A stretch of DNA of 64,000 nt from an uncultured Flavobacteriaceae bacterium (GCA_947493535.1 CANLRK010000004.1:34950-98949), one strand, 5' to 3'; positions 35,800 through 47,563 are shown, numbered from the stretch's first letter. The notes: generated by a model from the letters alone, not told the origin. A program made the numbers and translations.

Positions 35800-37245
35800 A
35801 TGGAGAAGATAATAGACGAAAGCAAACAAGGCGAACAACTAATTACTACCGCAAAACCTGAAAATTCACGAAAGCTTTTTATTGAAAGTTATGGGTGTCA
35901 AATGAACTTTTCTGATAGTGAAATTGTCGCTTCAATTTTAGCCAATGAAGGGTTTAATACTACAAAATCACTTGAAGAAGCTGATTTAGTTTTAGTAAAC
36001 ACTTGTTCAATACGAGACAAGGCTGAGCAAACAGTACGTGCAAGATTGAAAAAATACAACGCCGTAAAAAAAGTAAACCCTAAAATGAAAGTTGGTGTTT
36101 TAGGTTGCATGGCAGAGCGATTGAAAGAACAATTCTTAGAAGAAGAGAAAATTGTTGATTTAGTTGTTGGCCCAGATGCTTACAAAGACCTCCCTAACCT
36201 TATTGCTGATGTTGATGAAGGAAGAAATGCCGTAAACGTAATCTTATCTAAGGAAGAAACCTATGGTGATATCTCTCCAGTTAGGTTACAAAGTAACGGT
36301 GTAACTGCATTTGTTTCCATTACCAGAGGTTGTGACAATATGTGTACTTTTTGTGTAGTGCCATTTACACGTGGGAGAGAACGCAGTAGAGATCCGCAGT
36401 CAATCTTATCTGAAATAAAAGATTTAATTGAGAAAGGTTTTAAAGAAGTTACTCTACTAGGTCAAAATGTTGACAGTTATCTATGGTATGGTGGCGGCTT
36501 AAAAAAGGATTTTAAAAACGCTACCGAAATGCAAAAAGCTACAGCTATAGATTTTGCAAACCTACTAGACATGGTAGCCACAGCTTACCCTAAACTACGT
36601 ATTCGTTTCTCTACATCAAACCCGCAAGATATGAGCCTTGATGTAATACACACCATGGCAAAACACAAAAACATTTGTAAGTACATTCACTTACCAGTGC
36701 AAAGCGGTAGTAACAGAATATTAAAAGCCATGAATCGTCAGCATACTCGTGAGGAATATATGGAGTTAGTTGATAATATTTATAAAATTATCCCTGATGT
36801 TTCTTTATCTCAAGATATGATTTCTGGCTTCCCAACAGAAACAGAACAAGACCATCAAGACACGCTAGATTTAATTAAATATGTAAAATATGATTACGGT
36901 TTTATGTTTGCCTATTCTGAAAGACCAGGAACATTAGCCGGAAGAAAACTAGAAGATGATGTTCCTTTAGAAGTAAAGAAAAGACGCTTACAAGAAGTTA
37001 TCGATACACAACGTGCCGTTGGTCATGAACAGCTTAAAAAGCATGTAGGAAAAATAGAAGAAGTACTTATTGAAACTACATCTAAAAAATCTGATGCACA
37101 TTGGGCGGGAAGAAACTCACAAAACAACATGGTTGTTTTCCCTAAAGAACATTATAAAATAGGTGATTTTGTAAACGTAAAAATTAACGACTGTACCACC
37201 GCAACCTTTATAGGAGAAGCCGTTGGTTATTCAGACAACAATTAA
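35800..37245 (+). CDS. miaB: tRNA (N6-isopentenyl-adenosine-37) methylthiotransferase MiaB
   Basis: UPF0004 N-domain (LFIESYGCQMNFSDSE), radical-SAM CDNMCTFCVVP, and a TRAM C-terminus. Start moved to the ATG at 35800 (MEKIIDE...). Confidence 0.92.
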   Translation: MEKIIDESKQGEQLITTAKPENSRKLFIESYGCQMNFSDSEIVASILANEGFNTTKSLEEADLVLVNTCSIRDKAEQTVRARLKKYNAVKKVNPKMKVGVLGCMAERLKEQFLEEEKIVDLVVGPDAYKDLPNLIADVDEGRNAVNVILSKEETYGDISPVRLQSNGVTAFVSITRGCDNMCTFCVVPFTRGRERSRDPQSILSEIKDLIEKGFKEVTLLGQNVDSYLWYGGGLKKDFKNATEMQKATAIDFANLLDMVATAYPKLRIRFSTSNPQDMSLDVIHTMAKHKNICKYIHLPVQSGSNRILKAMNRQHTREEYMELVDNIYKIIPDVSLSQDMISGFPTETEQDHQDTLDLIKYVKYDYGFMFAYSERPGTLAGRKLEDDVPLEVKKRRLQEVIDTQRAVGHEQLKKHVGKIEEVLIETTSKKSDAHWAGRNSQNNMVVFPKEHYKIGDFVNVKINDCTTATFIGEAVGYSDNN

Positions 37246-37248
37246 TTT

Positions 37249-38514
37249 ATGGAGTCCATTCAAGCAATAAAACAACGATTTGAAATAATAGGAAACACTC
37301 CTAAACTTAACCGTGCTTTAGAAAAAGCTGTACGCGTAGCTCCTACCGATATTTCAGTATTGGTAACCGGAGAAAGCGGTGTGGGTAAAGAGAGTATTCC
37401 TAAAATAATTCACTCCTTATCACACCGTAAACACGGTAAATTTATTGCCGTAAACTGTGGTGCAATCCCAGAAGGAACTATAGACAGTGAATTGTTTGGG
37501 CATGAAAAAGGTGCTTTTACAGGTGCAACTCAAACCCGTAATGGTTATTTTGAAGTAGCTGACGGAGGAACTATTTTTTTAGATGAAGTAGGAGAACTTC
37601 CATTAACTACTCAGGTGCGTTTATTACGTGTTATTGAAAATGGTGAGTTTATAAAAGTAGGTTCAAGTAAAGTACAAAAAACCAATGTACGTATTGTAGC
37701 GGCAACGAATGTTAATATGTTTGAAGCTATACAAAAAGGACGCTTTCGTGAAGACTTATACTACCGTTTAAGTACCGTGGAAATTCTATTACCTCCCTTA
37801 CGTGAACGCAAAGAAGATATTCATTTATTATTTCGAAAATTTGCATCTGACTTTGCTTTAAAATATAAAATGCCTGCAGTAAAACTTGACGAACAAGCAA
37901 TACAAGTATTAATAAACTACCGCTGGAGCGGTAACATTCGTCAATTGCGTAACATTGCCGAACAAATTTCGGTACTTGAGCACTCTCGTACTGTTGACGC
38001 TGCCACCCTTCAAGGTTACCTTCCTAGTAGTGGAAGTAATTTACCTGCTGTTATTAGCGATAAAAAGTCAGGAAGTGATTTTAGCAACGAACGAGAAATA
38101 TTATATAAAGTATTGTTTGACATGAAAGCAGATTTGAACGATGTGAAAAAATTAACCTTAGAGTTAATGCGTTCGGGGAACTCACAGCAAGTTCAAAAAG
38201 AAAATCAGGAACTCATTAATAAAATATATAATACTGATGATGAAATTGATATTCCTGAACCACAGCAAAACACGGTTGAAGTGTTAGAGTTGCCTCAAGA
38301 AAACCAACCTAAACCAACCTCTTATAAAGAAGCAGATAATTACGATTACATTCAAGATATTACTGAAGAAGAAACCCTCTCTATACATGAAAAAGAACTG
38401 GAACTAATTAAAAAATCGTTAGAACGTAATAACGGAAAACGGAAGTTGGCAGCAAAAGAATTAGGCATTTCTGAACGTACTTTGTATCGTAAAATAAAAC
38501 AATACAATCTTTAA
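37249..38514 (+). CDS. sigma-54 dependent transcriptional activator (AAA+ plus Fis-type HTH, no sensory/receiver domain)
   Basis: Walker A GESGVGKE, GAFTGA loop (EKGAFTGA), Walker B FLDEVGE, and a C-terminal HTH (KLAAKELGISERTLYRKIK). The AAA+ domain begins within about 25 residues of the N-terminus. Confidence 0.88.
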   Translation: MESIQAIKQRFEIIGNTPKLNRALEKAVRVAPTDISVLVTGESGVGKESIPKIIHSLSHRKHGKFIAVNCGAIPEGTIDSELFGHEKGAFTGATQTRNGYFEVADGGTIFLDEVGELPLTTQVRLLRVIENGEFIKVGSSKVQKTNVRIVAATNVNMFEAIQKGRFREDLYYRLSTVEILLPPLRERKEDIHLLFRKFASDFALKYKMPAVKLDEQAIQVLINYRWSGNIRQLRNIAEQISVLEHSRTVDAATLQGYLPSSGSNLPAVISDKKSGSDFSNEREILYKVLFDMKADLNDVKKLTLELMRSGNSQQVQKENQELINKIYNTDDEIDIPEPQQNTVEVLELPQENQPKPTSYKEADNYDYIQDITEEETLSIHEKELELIKKSLERNNGKRKLAAKELGISERTLYRKIKQYNL

Positions 38515-38577
38515 ACACTAAAACATTAGGACACATTTCATTTAAAATGTATTTTTAACCCAATAAGGGCAATTACC

Positions 38578-39090
38578 ATGAAATTACAACAAGTTAAATT
38601 ATTATTTTTCACCTTTATCACAGCAACTTTACTACAAGGTTGTGGTATTTATTCATTTACAGGTGGCGATGTAGGTAATGCAAAAACTTTTCAGGTAAAC
38701 TTTTTTCAAAATAACGCTCCTATTGTAGAACCCGGAATTGACAGGACTTTTACCCAATCATTACAAGATTTAATTCAGAATCAAACCAATTTAGAGCTTA
38801 CCAATTCTAATGGTGATTTATTATATGAAGGAGAAATAACCAACTACAGCATTGCTCCTATGTCGGCTACTGCTGATCAAACAGCATCGCAAAACAGGTT
38901 AACCATTGCTATAAAAGTACGCTTTACCAATAACACCAAGGAAGAAGATGATTTTGAAAAAAACTTCTCTTTCTATTATGATTATCCTGCTTCACAACAA
39001 CTAATCGGTTCTAGTTTAGATAGTGCTATAGAAGTAATTTATGAGCGCATTACTCAAGATGTTTTTAATGCCTCTTTAGCAAAATGGTAA
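38578..39090 (+). CDS. lptE: LptE-like LPS-assembly lipoprotein
   Basis: Lipobox LLQGC, about 170 aa. Conserved position after the sigma-54 activator in Flavobacteriia (from memory). Family call is tentative. Confidence 0.55.
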   Translation: MKLQQVKLLFFTFITATLLQGCGIYSFTGGDVGNAKTFQVNFFQNNAPIVEPGIDRTFTQSLQDLIQNQTNLELTNSNGDLLYEGEITNYSIAPMSATADQTASQNRLTIAIKVRFTNNTKEEDDFEKNFSFYYDYPASQQLIGSSLDSAIEVIYERITQDVFNASLAKW

Positions 39091-39094
39091 TATT

Positions 39095-39910
39095 ATGAAT
39101 GCGAGTGAATTTTCATCATTACTACAAGAATCTGAAAGTATCAACACTGCACAAACCAGTGCGCTAAAAAATGTACTTACTGATTTTCCTTACTTTCAAT
39201 CTGCACGAGCCTTGTACTTGAAGGGGTTAAAAAATCAAGATAGCTACAATTATAATACTGAATTAAAAATTACTGCTGCTTATACCACCGATCGCAGTAT
39301 TTTGTTTGATTATATTACCTCAACCGCTTTCAATCAGAATTTAATTTCTAAAACTCAGCAAAAACTTCAAGCGCAACAAAAGCTGAACAACGAAAACACT
39401 AGTCATGACTTAGATCATATTACGAGTGATTTTAACAACGTTTTAGACCCAAATTTATTTGAAGAAAAGAGCGAAACTTCTGCTGAAGAAAACTTAGAAC
39501 TCGGGAAGCCTTTAGAGTTTAACACTCAAGAAAAACACTCTTTTCAAGAATGGTTAAAACTTACCAGTATTTCTACCATTAACCGTGAAGAAGAAAAAGA
39601 GGGAAAAAGCACTACAGAAAGCACAAAAACATTAAGCAACATTGAACTTATTGATAAGTTTATTAGTGAAAAACCTAAAATTATACCCGCTAAAAAAAGT
39701 GTTAATTTAAAAAGCCTTACCCAAGAAAAAACATTCAATTCAGAGGAGTTAATGACAGAAACTTTGGCTAAGGTTTATTTGGAACAAAAAAATTATAAAA
39801 AAGCAATTCAAGCTTATCGCATTTTAAGTTTGAAATATCCAGAAAAAAATAGTTTCTTTGCAGACCGTATTTCGGATATCGAAAAAATTGAAATAACTAA
39901 TACAAAATAA
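39095..39910 (+). CDS. hypothetical protein with C-terminal TPR-like motif
   Basis: No signal peptide; low-complexity middle. C-terminal AKVYLEQKNYKKAIQAYRILSLKYPEKNSFF resembles one TPR unit. Confidence 0.5.
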   Translation: MNASEFSSLLQESESINTAQTSALKNVLTDFPYFQSARALYLKGLKNQDSYNYNTELKITAAYTTDRSILFDYITSTAFNQNLISKTQQKLQAQQKLNNENTSHDLDHITSDFNNVLDPNLFEEKSETSAEENLELGKPLEFNTQEKHSFQEWLKLTSISTINREEEKEGKSTTESTKTLSNIELIDKFISEKPKIIPAKKSVNLKSLTQEKTFNSEELMTETLAKVYLEQKNYKKAIQAYRILSLKYPEKNSFFADRISDIEKIEITNTK

Positions 39911-39920
39911 TAATACTGTT

Positions 39921-40271
39921 ATGTTTAATATCTTTTTAATACTTATAATGATAGTTGCCTTTTTACTAGTTGTAGTAATTATGGTACAAAATCCAAAAGG
40001 TGGCGGATTAGGATCTTCTTTTGGAGGTGGATCACAGCAAATTGGTGGTGTACAAAAAACTACTGACTTTTTAGACAAAAGTACTTGGTGGTTGGCTATT
40101 TTAATGATTGTATTAATATTACTATCTAACGTAACTATTTTTGGTAATCAAGCAGCTGCTTCAAAAGCTTTAGATGGAGCTAACGACCAACAAATTGAAA
40201 CTCCTGTTTCAACAACTAACGATGCTCCAGCATCTACGGTTCCTGCAACAGATGAAAACAAAGACAACTAG
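39921..40271 (+). CDS. secG: preprotein translocase subunit SecG
   Basis: Two TM helices flanking the Gly-rich loop QNPKGGGLGSSFGGGSQQIGG. Has an extended C-terminal tail. Confidence 0.85.
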   Translation: MFNIFLILIMIVAFLLVVVIMVQNPKGGGLGSSFGGGSQQIGGVQKTTDFLDKSTWWLAILMIVLILLSNVTIFGNQAAASKALDGANDQQIETPVSTTNDAPASTVPATDENKDN

Positions 40272-40301
40272 TCTAGTGATTACTCACTAAAAAGTAATAC
40301 G

Positions 40302-40331
40302 TGCCAACCTGTAAAGGTTGGCATTTTTTTT
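40302..40331 (+). terminator. rho-independent terminator after secG
   Basis: TGCCAACCT-GTAA-AGGTTGGCA-TTTTTTTT. Confidence 0.85.
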
Positions 40332-40441
40332 ATAACAAACTGCCTTTATAGTAGTTGTTCTGAAAATTTGTCAGTACAACAACATTGGTATAATTTCTGT
40401 CCGTTAGTAATCAAAATTTATAAACATAAACACATAATAAT

Positions 40442-40717
40442 ATGGGAGTAACTATTAAACCTTTAGCAGACAGAGTTCTTGTAGCCCCTGCCCCTGCTGA
40501 AACAACCACGGCTTCAGGAATAATTATTCCTGACACCGCTAAAGAAAAACCACAAAAAGGAACTGTTGTTGCCGTTGGTAACGGTAAAAAAGATGAGCCT
40601 TTAACGGTTAAAGTTGGGGATACCGTTTTATATGGTAAGTTTAGTGGTACAGAATTAAAGTTAGATGGAACAGATTATTTAATGATGCGCGAAAGTGACA
40701 TTTTAGCTATCGTTTAA
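40442..40717 (+). CDS. groES: co-chaperonin GroES
   Basis: [10 protein letters not shown]...[21 protein letters not shown]; 91 aa, immediately upstream of groEL. Confidence 0.97.
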   Translation: MGVTIKPLADRVLVAPAPAETTTASGIIIPDTAKEKPQKGTVVAVGNGKKDEPLTVKVGDTVLYGKFSGTELKLDGTDYLMMRESDILAIV

Positions 40718-40729
40718 TCTATTTGTTAA

Positions 40730-42382
<1,653 letters not shown>

Positions 42383-42408
42383 TAATTGCACCTCCAATAA
42401 CCTTAAAA

Positions 42409-42437
42409 GCCTTCAGTGTTTTACTGAAGGCTTTTTT
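42409..42437 (+). terminator. rho-independent terminator after groEL
   Basis: GCCTTCAGT-GTTTT-ACTGAAGGC-TTTTTT. Confidence 0.85.
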
Positions 42438-42578
42438 ACTTTAAGCACATAATAAAAAAAACAATAATCCCTCAATAAATTCACATAAAAAATACATTTT
42501 TAAAAAATAATTCTATTTATCGGGTAACATTTCACAAATAAAAGGAACTATAGGGTACAATCATAAACCAGATAAATA

Positions 42579-44789
42579 ATGAAAAAAATCGTACTACTAC
42601 TATGCTTATTTACAATAAGCAACTTCTTTGCCCAAGAACGTAACTGTTCTGCAATGGAAAACTTAAGTTACCGAATGCAAAAAGACCCAGAGTTGAAACA
42701 ACGAATGGAAAACATTGAAGCATTTACACAACAACGAATTCAACAATACCAAACTAACAGAATTGATGGTAGCGTTATTACAATACCCGTTGTTGTGCAT
42801 GTAATTTACAATAATGCTAATGAAAACATTAGTGACGCACAAATACAATCGCAACTAGATGTACTTAATGAAGATTTTAGACGTACGAATAGTGATGCTA
42901 ACAACACGTGGTCACAAGCAGCTGATACCGAAATAGAATTTTGTTTAGCCACCGTAGATCCTAACGGAAATGCAACCTCAGGAATTACCAGAAAATCATC
43001 TAATAAAACATCATGGGGAACCAATGATGCTATGAAAAAATCTTCACAAGGTGGTGTAGACCCATGGGACACCTCTCAATATCTTAATATGTGGGTATGT
43101 AATATTGGCTCTGGGTTATTAGGTTACGCTCAATTTCCAGGTGGTAGTGCAGCTACTGATGGAGTAGTAATGGGGCCTAATTATTTTGGTAGCTCTGATA
43201 AAGGATCAGGATTTTATCTATCAGCTCCTTTCGATAAAGGGCGTACAACAACACATGAAGTGGGACATTATTTAAATTTACGTCATATATGGGGTGATGG
43301 TGCCTGTGGTACCGACGACTTTGTTTCGGATACTCCAGAGTCTGATGCCGCAAATTATGGATGTTCAACAGGACACTCTTCTTGTGGAACTACAGATATG
43401 GTACAAAACTACATGGATTATAGTGACGATTCATGTATGAACTTATTTACACAAGGGCAAAAAAACAGAATGCGTTCTATACTTGAACCAGGAGGATTCA
43501 GATATAACTTAGCGCTTTCTGATAAATGTGGAAGTGCTCCATCTCCTACTTGTACTGATGGTATTAAAAATGGTGATGAAACTGGTGTTGACTGTGGTGG
43601 ATCTGCATGTGCGCCTTGTAACACTAGCTGTACAGAAAATGAAGTAATTGTTAGTATTACTTTTGACAATTATCCAGAAGAAACTTCTTGGAATATAAAA
43701 AATGACTCCGGAACAACTGTAGCTTCTGGAACTTATTCCTCTGCTAACGCTGATGGTTCTACAATAACAGAAACATTATGTTTAACTGACGATTGCTATA
43801 CTTTTACAATAAATGATGCTTATGGTGATGGTATTTGCTGTTCTTACGGAAATGGTTCTTATACCGTAACTGGACCAAATGGTACCATTCAATCTGGGGG
43901 AAGTTTTGGTACTTCTGAGGCTACTGACTTTTGCTTAGGTGGAGGCTCTCCTACACCTACTTGTACTGATGGTATTCAAAATGGTGATGAAACTGGCATT
44001 GACTGCGGTGGATCTGCATGTGCACCTTGTAACACTAGTGGTACCGTAACTCTGCATGAAGGATTCTTTGAATCTGGATGGGACGGATGGACGGATGGCG
44101 GTAGCGACTGCTATCGTTATTCAGGAAGCAGATCTTATGAAAACAACTACTCTATTCGTTTACGAGACAATTCAGGAACAAGTTCCGCAATGACATCTTC
44201 TGCTTTTAATTTAAGTGGATACAACCAAGTAGAAGTTACTTTTTACTTCTATTCATACAGCATGGAAAATGGGGAAGATTTCTTTTTAAGATTCTATAAT
44301 GGCACAAATTGGAGCACTGTTGCTTCTTGGACTAGTGGTAGCAGCTTTAGTAATAATAACTTTTATAGTGCTACTGTTACTTTAGATAGTTCAAACTACA
44401 ACTTTGCTACAAACTCACAATTTAGATTTCAATGTGACGCAAGTACAAATGCTGACCATATTTATATAGATCAAGTAACCATAAAAGGAATTAATGGTGC
44501 GAGAAGTATTCGTAATAACGAAATCACCTATATAAACTCACTAAACGACATGAAAGATATGGGCGATGTAATACTTTACCCTAACCCAGTTAAAGGTGCT
44601 AATATTTACATTAATAAAAGTTATGAATTAAATCCAAGTTATAGAATTGTTAATATGTTAGGACAAACTATTGAAACAGGAACTACAACAAACGGGATTA
44701 TAAACGTTGATAAACTTAAAGCAGGTTTATATATAATTGAATTTACAGACACTGAAGAAACTGTAACTCAAAAATTTATAAAACAATAA
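42579..44789 (+). CDS. secreted M43 (pappalysin/cytophagalysin-like) zinc metalloprotease with duplicated Cys-rich modules and a T9SS C-terminal sorting domain
   Basis: Signal peptide; HEVGHYLNLRHIWGD zinc motif. Two copies of PTCTDGI(K/Q)NGDETG(V/I)DCGGSACAPCN. C-terminal about 80 aa (ILYPNPVKG...GLYIIEFTD...QKFIKQ) looks like a type A T9SS CTD. Confidence 0.85.
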   Translation: MKKIVLLLCLFTISNFFAQERNCSAMENLSYRMQKDPELKQRMENIEAFTQQRIQQYQTNRIDGSVITIPVVVHVIYNNANENISDAQIQSQLDVLNEDFRRTNSDANNTWSQAADTEIEFCLATVDPNGNATSGITRKSSNKTSWGTNDAMKKSSQGGVDPWDTSQYLNMWVCNIGSGLLGYAQFPGGSAATDGVVMGPNYFGSSDKGSGFYLSAPFDKGRTTTHEVGHYLNLRHIWGDGACGTDDFVSDTPESDAANYGCSTGHSSCGTTDMVQNYMDYSDDSCMNLFTQGQKNRMRSILEPGGFRYNLALSDKCGSAPSPTCTDGIKNGDETGVDCGGSACAPCNTSCTENEVIVSITFDNYPEETSWNIKNDSGTTVASGTYSSANADGSTITETLCLTDDCYTFTINDAYGDGICCSYGNGSYTVTGPNGTIQSGGSFGTSEATDFCLGGGSPTPTCTDGIQNGDETGIDCGGSACAPCNTSGTVTLHEGFFESGWDGWTDGGSDCYRYSGSRSYENNYSIRLRDNSGTSSAMTSSAFNLSGYNQVEVTFYFYSYSMENGEDFFLRFYNGTNWSTVASWTSGSSFSNNNFYSATVTLDSSNYNFATNSQFRFQCDASTNADHIYIDQVTIKGINGARSIRNNEITYINSLNDMKDMGDVILYPNPVKGANIYINKSYELNPSYRIVNMLGQTIETGTTTNGIINVDKLKAGLYIIEFTDTEETVTQKFIKQ
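43545..43627 (+). repeat. intragenic direct repeat, copy 1 (83 bp)
   Basis: Manual alignment to 43956-44038: 78 of 83 positions identical. Encodes PTCTDGIKNGDETGVDCGGSACAPCNTS. Confidence 0.9.
43956..44038 (+). repeat. intragenic direct repeat, copy 2 (83 bp)
   Basis: See copy 1. Encodes PTCTDGIQNGDETGIDCGGSACAPCNTS. Confidence 0.9.
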
Positions 44790-44803
44790 CTCTTTATCTT
44801 TAA

Positions 44804-44845
44804 TAAAAAACAAACCCCAGTACAATAATACTGGGGTTCTTTTTT
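44804..44845. terminator. bidirectional terminator between the M43 protease gene and the HMA gene
   Basis: AAAAAAACA-AACCCCAGTA-CAATAA-TACTGGGGTT-CTTTTTT. Confidence 0.85.
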
Positions 44846-44862
44846 AGAATAACGCTTTACCT

Positions 44863-45216
44863 TTATTTATGATGTTCTTTAATAAGTTCTTCGTCACGAT
44901 ACTTACAGCATTCATGTACAGAATTATAGGCCTCATCTGATGCTTTTACAGTTTTAGTATCGTGACCTACAGCTGCAATATTCTCATTAATTATCTTTAA
45001 ACTTGTTTTACGCTCATCATACACAACTACTAATTGATGTGTATCAACATTCCATTCAGCAGACTTTACTCCTTTTGTTTTAAAACAAGCTTTTTCAATA
45101 CGCTTTTTACACATCATACAAACTCCATCAACCTCTATAGTTGCCTTTGCATTTTTATTTTGCGAAAAAGCCACCGCAGTGAATAGCATAACTAGTAACA
45201 TTATTGTTTTTTTCAT
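44863..45216 (-). CDS. secreted heavy-metal-associated (HMA) domain protein
   Basis: Signal peptide; HMA-like GVCMMCKKRIE (CxxC); additional C-terminal HECC and HH residues. Confidence 0.75.
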   Translation of the reverse strand: MKKTIMLLVMLFTAVAFSQNKNAKATIEVDGVCMMCKKRIEKACFKTKGVKSAEWNVDTHQLVVVYDERKTSLKIINENIAAVGHDTKTVKASDEAYNSVHECCKYRDEELIKEHHK

Positions 45217-45234
45217 AACTCTTTTTTTTTATTA

Positions 45235-47478
45235 TTACTCAATTTTTAATCGTAACCCAGCATAAATATTTGCCCCTTGAATAGGACCGTATATCATAGT
45301 ACTATCAAAATATGAGCCAAATGGATCATTAGCCGCTAAGATAGGGGTATCTTGTTTATAGTTCAATACATTTTCACCTCCTAAATATACTTCAAACTGT
45401 TTTGTAAATACACGCGTTACTTGTGCATTTAATTTACTAAATGGATTTGAATAATCTGACAGCTGATATTCAATTGGATTTACACTTGTGTCTGGTATTC
45501 GTTGTTTTCCTACCCAATTCCAGGTAGCATCAAACTTCCAGCGTCCACCTTTTTCATTTAAATGATGAGTTTGATAAGCTATGTTTGCCAACACTCTGTT
45601 TTTAGCTAATAATGGAGCTGTTAAATTCCCTTTTTTATACTCTGTAGAAACATCATAATATTTATATGACAAACGCAAATCTAAATGTTTAGCCAAATTA
45701 TAATTTAAATCAGCTTGTACACTTTGCGCAATTGATTTTCCTTTTAAATTATAAAACTGAACTTCATTAGGATTTTGATCAACATCAACTACTATCTGGT
45801 TTTTAAAGTCGGTTATATAATAGTCTAAAGACACATCACCTCTTTTACCAAACACTTTAAATTTTTGTAGAAAACTAGCACCATAATTCCACGCTTCTTC
45901 TGGGTTTAATCCATAAACTTCACCACCCTCATTATGAACTATGAAATTTCTTGACGAAGCAAAATAACGTTGATTTTCCGTGAAAATATTTGCACTCCTT
46001 TTTCCTCTTCCTACTGAAGCTCTAAACACTGAACCTTCCCACGGGTTATAACGCAAGTGTAATCTTGGCGTTACAAAGTTTCCTAGAATATTATGAGTGT
46101 CGGCTCTAAGTCCGGCTACTAAACTAAAATTATCACCATTATCATAGGTGTACTCAAAAAAAGCTCCAATTGAGTTCTCTTTTCTCGCTACAGAAGAATC
46201 AATAATATACTCATCATACTGATCATAAGTAAAACTTAACCCCGCTTTAAACTTATTCTGTGTATTACTTAATATAGAATTGTATATAAAGTTAGAATAC
46301 ACACTTTGATGGTTAATATCATATCGTCGCAATCCGTAATACGCTTTTTGGTCATGATTACTATATGATGTTTGCAAGCCAAAGCTTTTGTATTTTTGAT
46401 CTTTAAATACATAGCCTGTTTTATTACTTACATCAATTCGCTTTGTTGCTATTTCACTTCCCCATGCATTAGTAGTTAACCGATCATCTTCAGGTTTAAA
46501 ACCAATTTCTCCAGCAAGTTTTTCATCTTTTAAATACCTAAAATCAAAAAAACTTACCCATCCACTTTCATGATTAGCATATTGCCAGCGATTTAAAATA
46601 TTAACTTGGCTCGCTAGTGGTGCATCAATAAACCCATCATCATTATTATCTTTCTTCCAGCTTCTATGATTGCCATGAATGTAAAACCCTGTACTCCACC
46701 TATCATTTAATTTCTGGTTTACATGTGTATTTAGCTCTACCCTACCATCTACAGAACCATATAAGTTCACAAAAAAAGCAGCATCGGTTAACGGTTTAAG
46801 TAACTCTGCATTAATTTGCCCTGCAATACTTTCATAGCCATTAACTACAGAACCTGCACCTTTAGTAATTTGAATAGTCTCTAGCCATGTTCCTGGGGTA
46901 AAGGTTAACCCATAGGCTTGTGAAGCTCCACGAACACTAGGAATATTTTCTTGGGTAATTAAAATGTAAGGATTTGTTAAACCTAACATTTTAATTTGTT
47001 TAGTTCCTGTTACCGCGTCAGAAAAATTGACATCTATTGCAGCATTGGTTTCAAAACTTTCTGATAAGTTACAACATGCGGCTTTTAGCAACTCTTTTGA
47101 GTTTAATGTAACTATTTGCCTGCTATCTAATAAAGATACCTCTGTAGCTTTTCTTTCGGCAGTAAGCACTACCTCATTTAAACTACTATTAACTTCTAAT
47201 TGGATTGTTATAACTTGGGGTTCTGTAATATTTAACACTTGTTGTGCATACCCCACATAACTTATTACTAATTGACTATTTTCTTTTGAAAAAGGAATAG
47301 AAAATCTTCCTTCTTCATTGGTTACGACTCCTATTGAAGTTCCTGACCAATATACATTTGCTCCATAAACTGGAACTTTATTTCCGTTGACATCTTCTAC
47401 TACTGTACCCGAAACTACGTCTTGTGAAAAACTAAACATAGGTAACAACAGAAGAAGCAACAGCATATTATTTTTCAT
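45235..47478 (-). CDS. TonB-dependent receptor (CarboxypepD_reg N-terminus, plug, barrel)
   Basis: Signal peptide and a CarboxypepD_reg-like domain (VSGTVVEDVNGNKVPVYGANVYW). Plug region (IQITKGAGSVVNGYESIAGQIN). C-terminal barrel ending ...YAGLRLKIE. Confidence 0.88.
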   Translation of the reverse strand: MKNNMLLLLLLLPMFSFSQDVVSGTVVEDVNGNKVPVYGANVYWSGTSIGVVTNEEGRFSIPFSKENSQLVISYVGYAQQVLNITEPQVITIQLEVNSSLNEVVLTAERKATEVSLLDSRQIVTLNSKELLKAACCNLSESFETNAAIDVNFSDAVTGTKQIKMLGLTNPYILITQENIPSVRGASQAYGLTFTPGTWLETIQITKGAGSVVNGYESIAGQINAELLKPLTDAAFFVNLYGSVDGRVELNTHVNQKLNDRWSTGFYIHGNHRSWKKDNNDDGFIDAPLASQVNILNRWQYANHESGWVSFFDFRYLKDEKLAGEIGFKPEDDRLTTNAWGSEIATKRIDVSNKTGYVFKDQKYKSFGLQTSYSNHDQKAYYGLRRYDINHQSVYSNFIYNSILSNTQNKFKAGLSFTYDQYDEYIIDSSVARKENSIGAFFEYTYDNGDNFSLVAGLRADTHNILGNFVTPRLHLRYNPWEGSVFRASVGRGKRSANIFTENQRYFASSRNFIVHNEGGEVYGLNPEEAWNYGASFLQKFKVFGKRGDVSLDYYITDFKNQIVVDVDQNPNEVQFYNLKGKSIAQSVQADLNYNLAKHLDLRLSYKYYDVSTEYKKGNLTAPLLAKNRVLANIAYQTHHLNEKGGRWKFDATWNWVGKQRIPDTSVNPIEYQLSDYSNPFSKLNAQVTRVFTKQFEVYLGGENVLNYKQDTPILAANDPFGSYFDSTMIYGPIQGANIYAGLRLKIE

Positions 47479-47563
47479 AAATACATACTTTTACTTTAAA
47501 AACTGTTTCTCATTATATGTTAAAGGCAAGAAAACAACGTTACTCTTCCTTATTAACTAATGA

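Noticed and set aside
39824-40078. 84-aa minus-strand ORF with a Pro-rich stretch overlapping the secG start
   Set aside because: It is antisense to the conserved Gly-rich loop of SecG (GGN codons read as CCN, giving Pro). This is an artefact of the complementary strand.
40332-40441. Search for a CIRCE/HrcA operator (TTAGCACTC-N9-GAGTGCTAA) upstream of groES
   Set aside because: Not present. Only a weak imperfect palindrome (CTGAAAATTTGTCAG) is visible, which I do not consider sufficient to call an operator.
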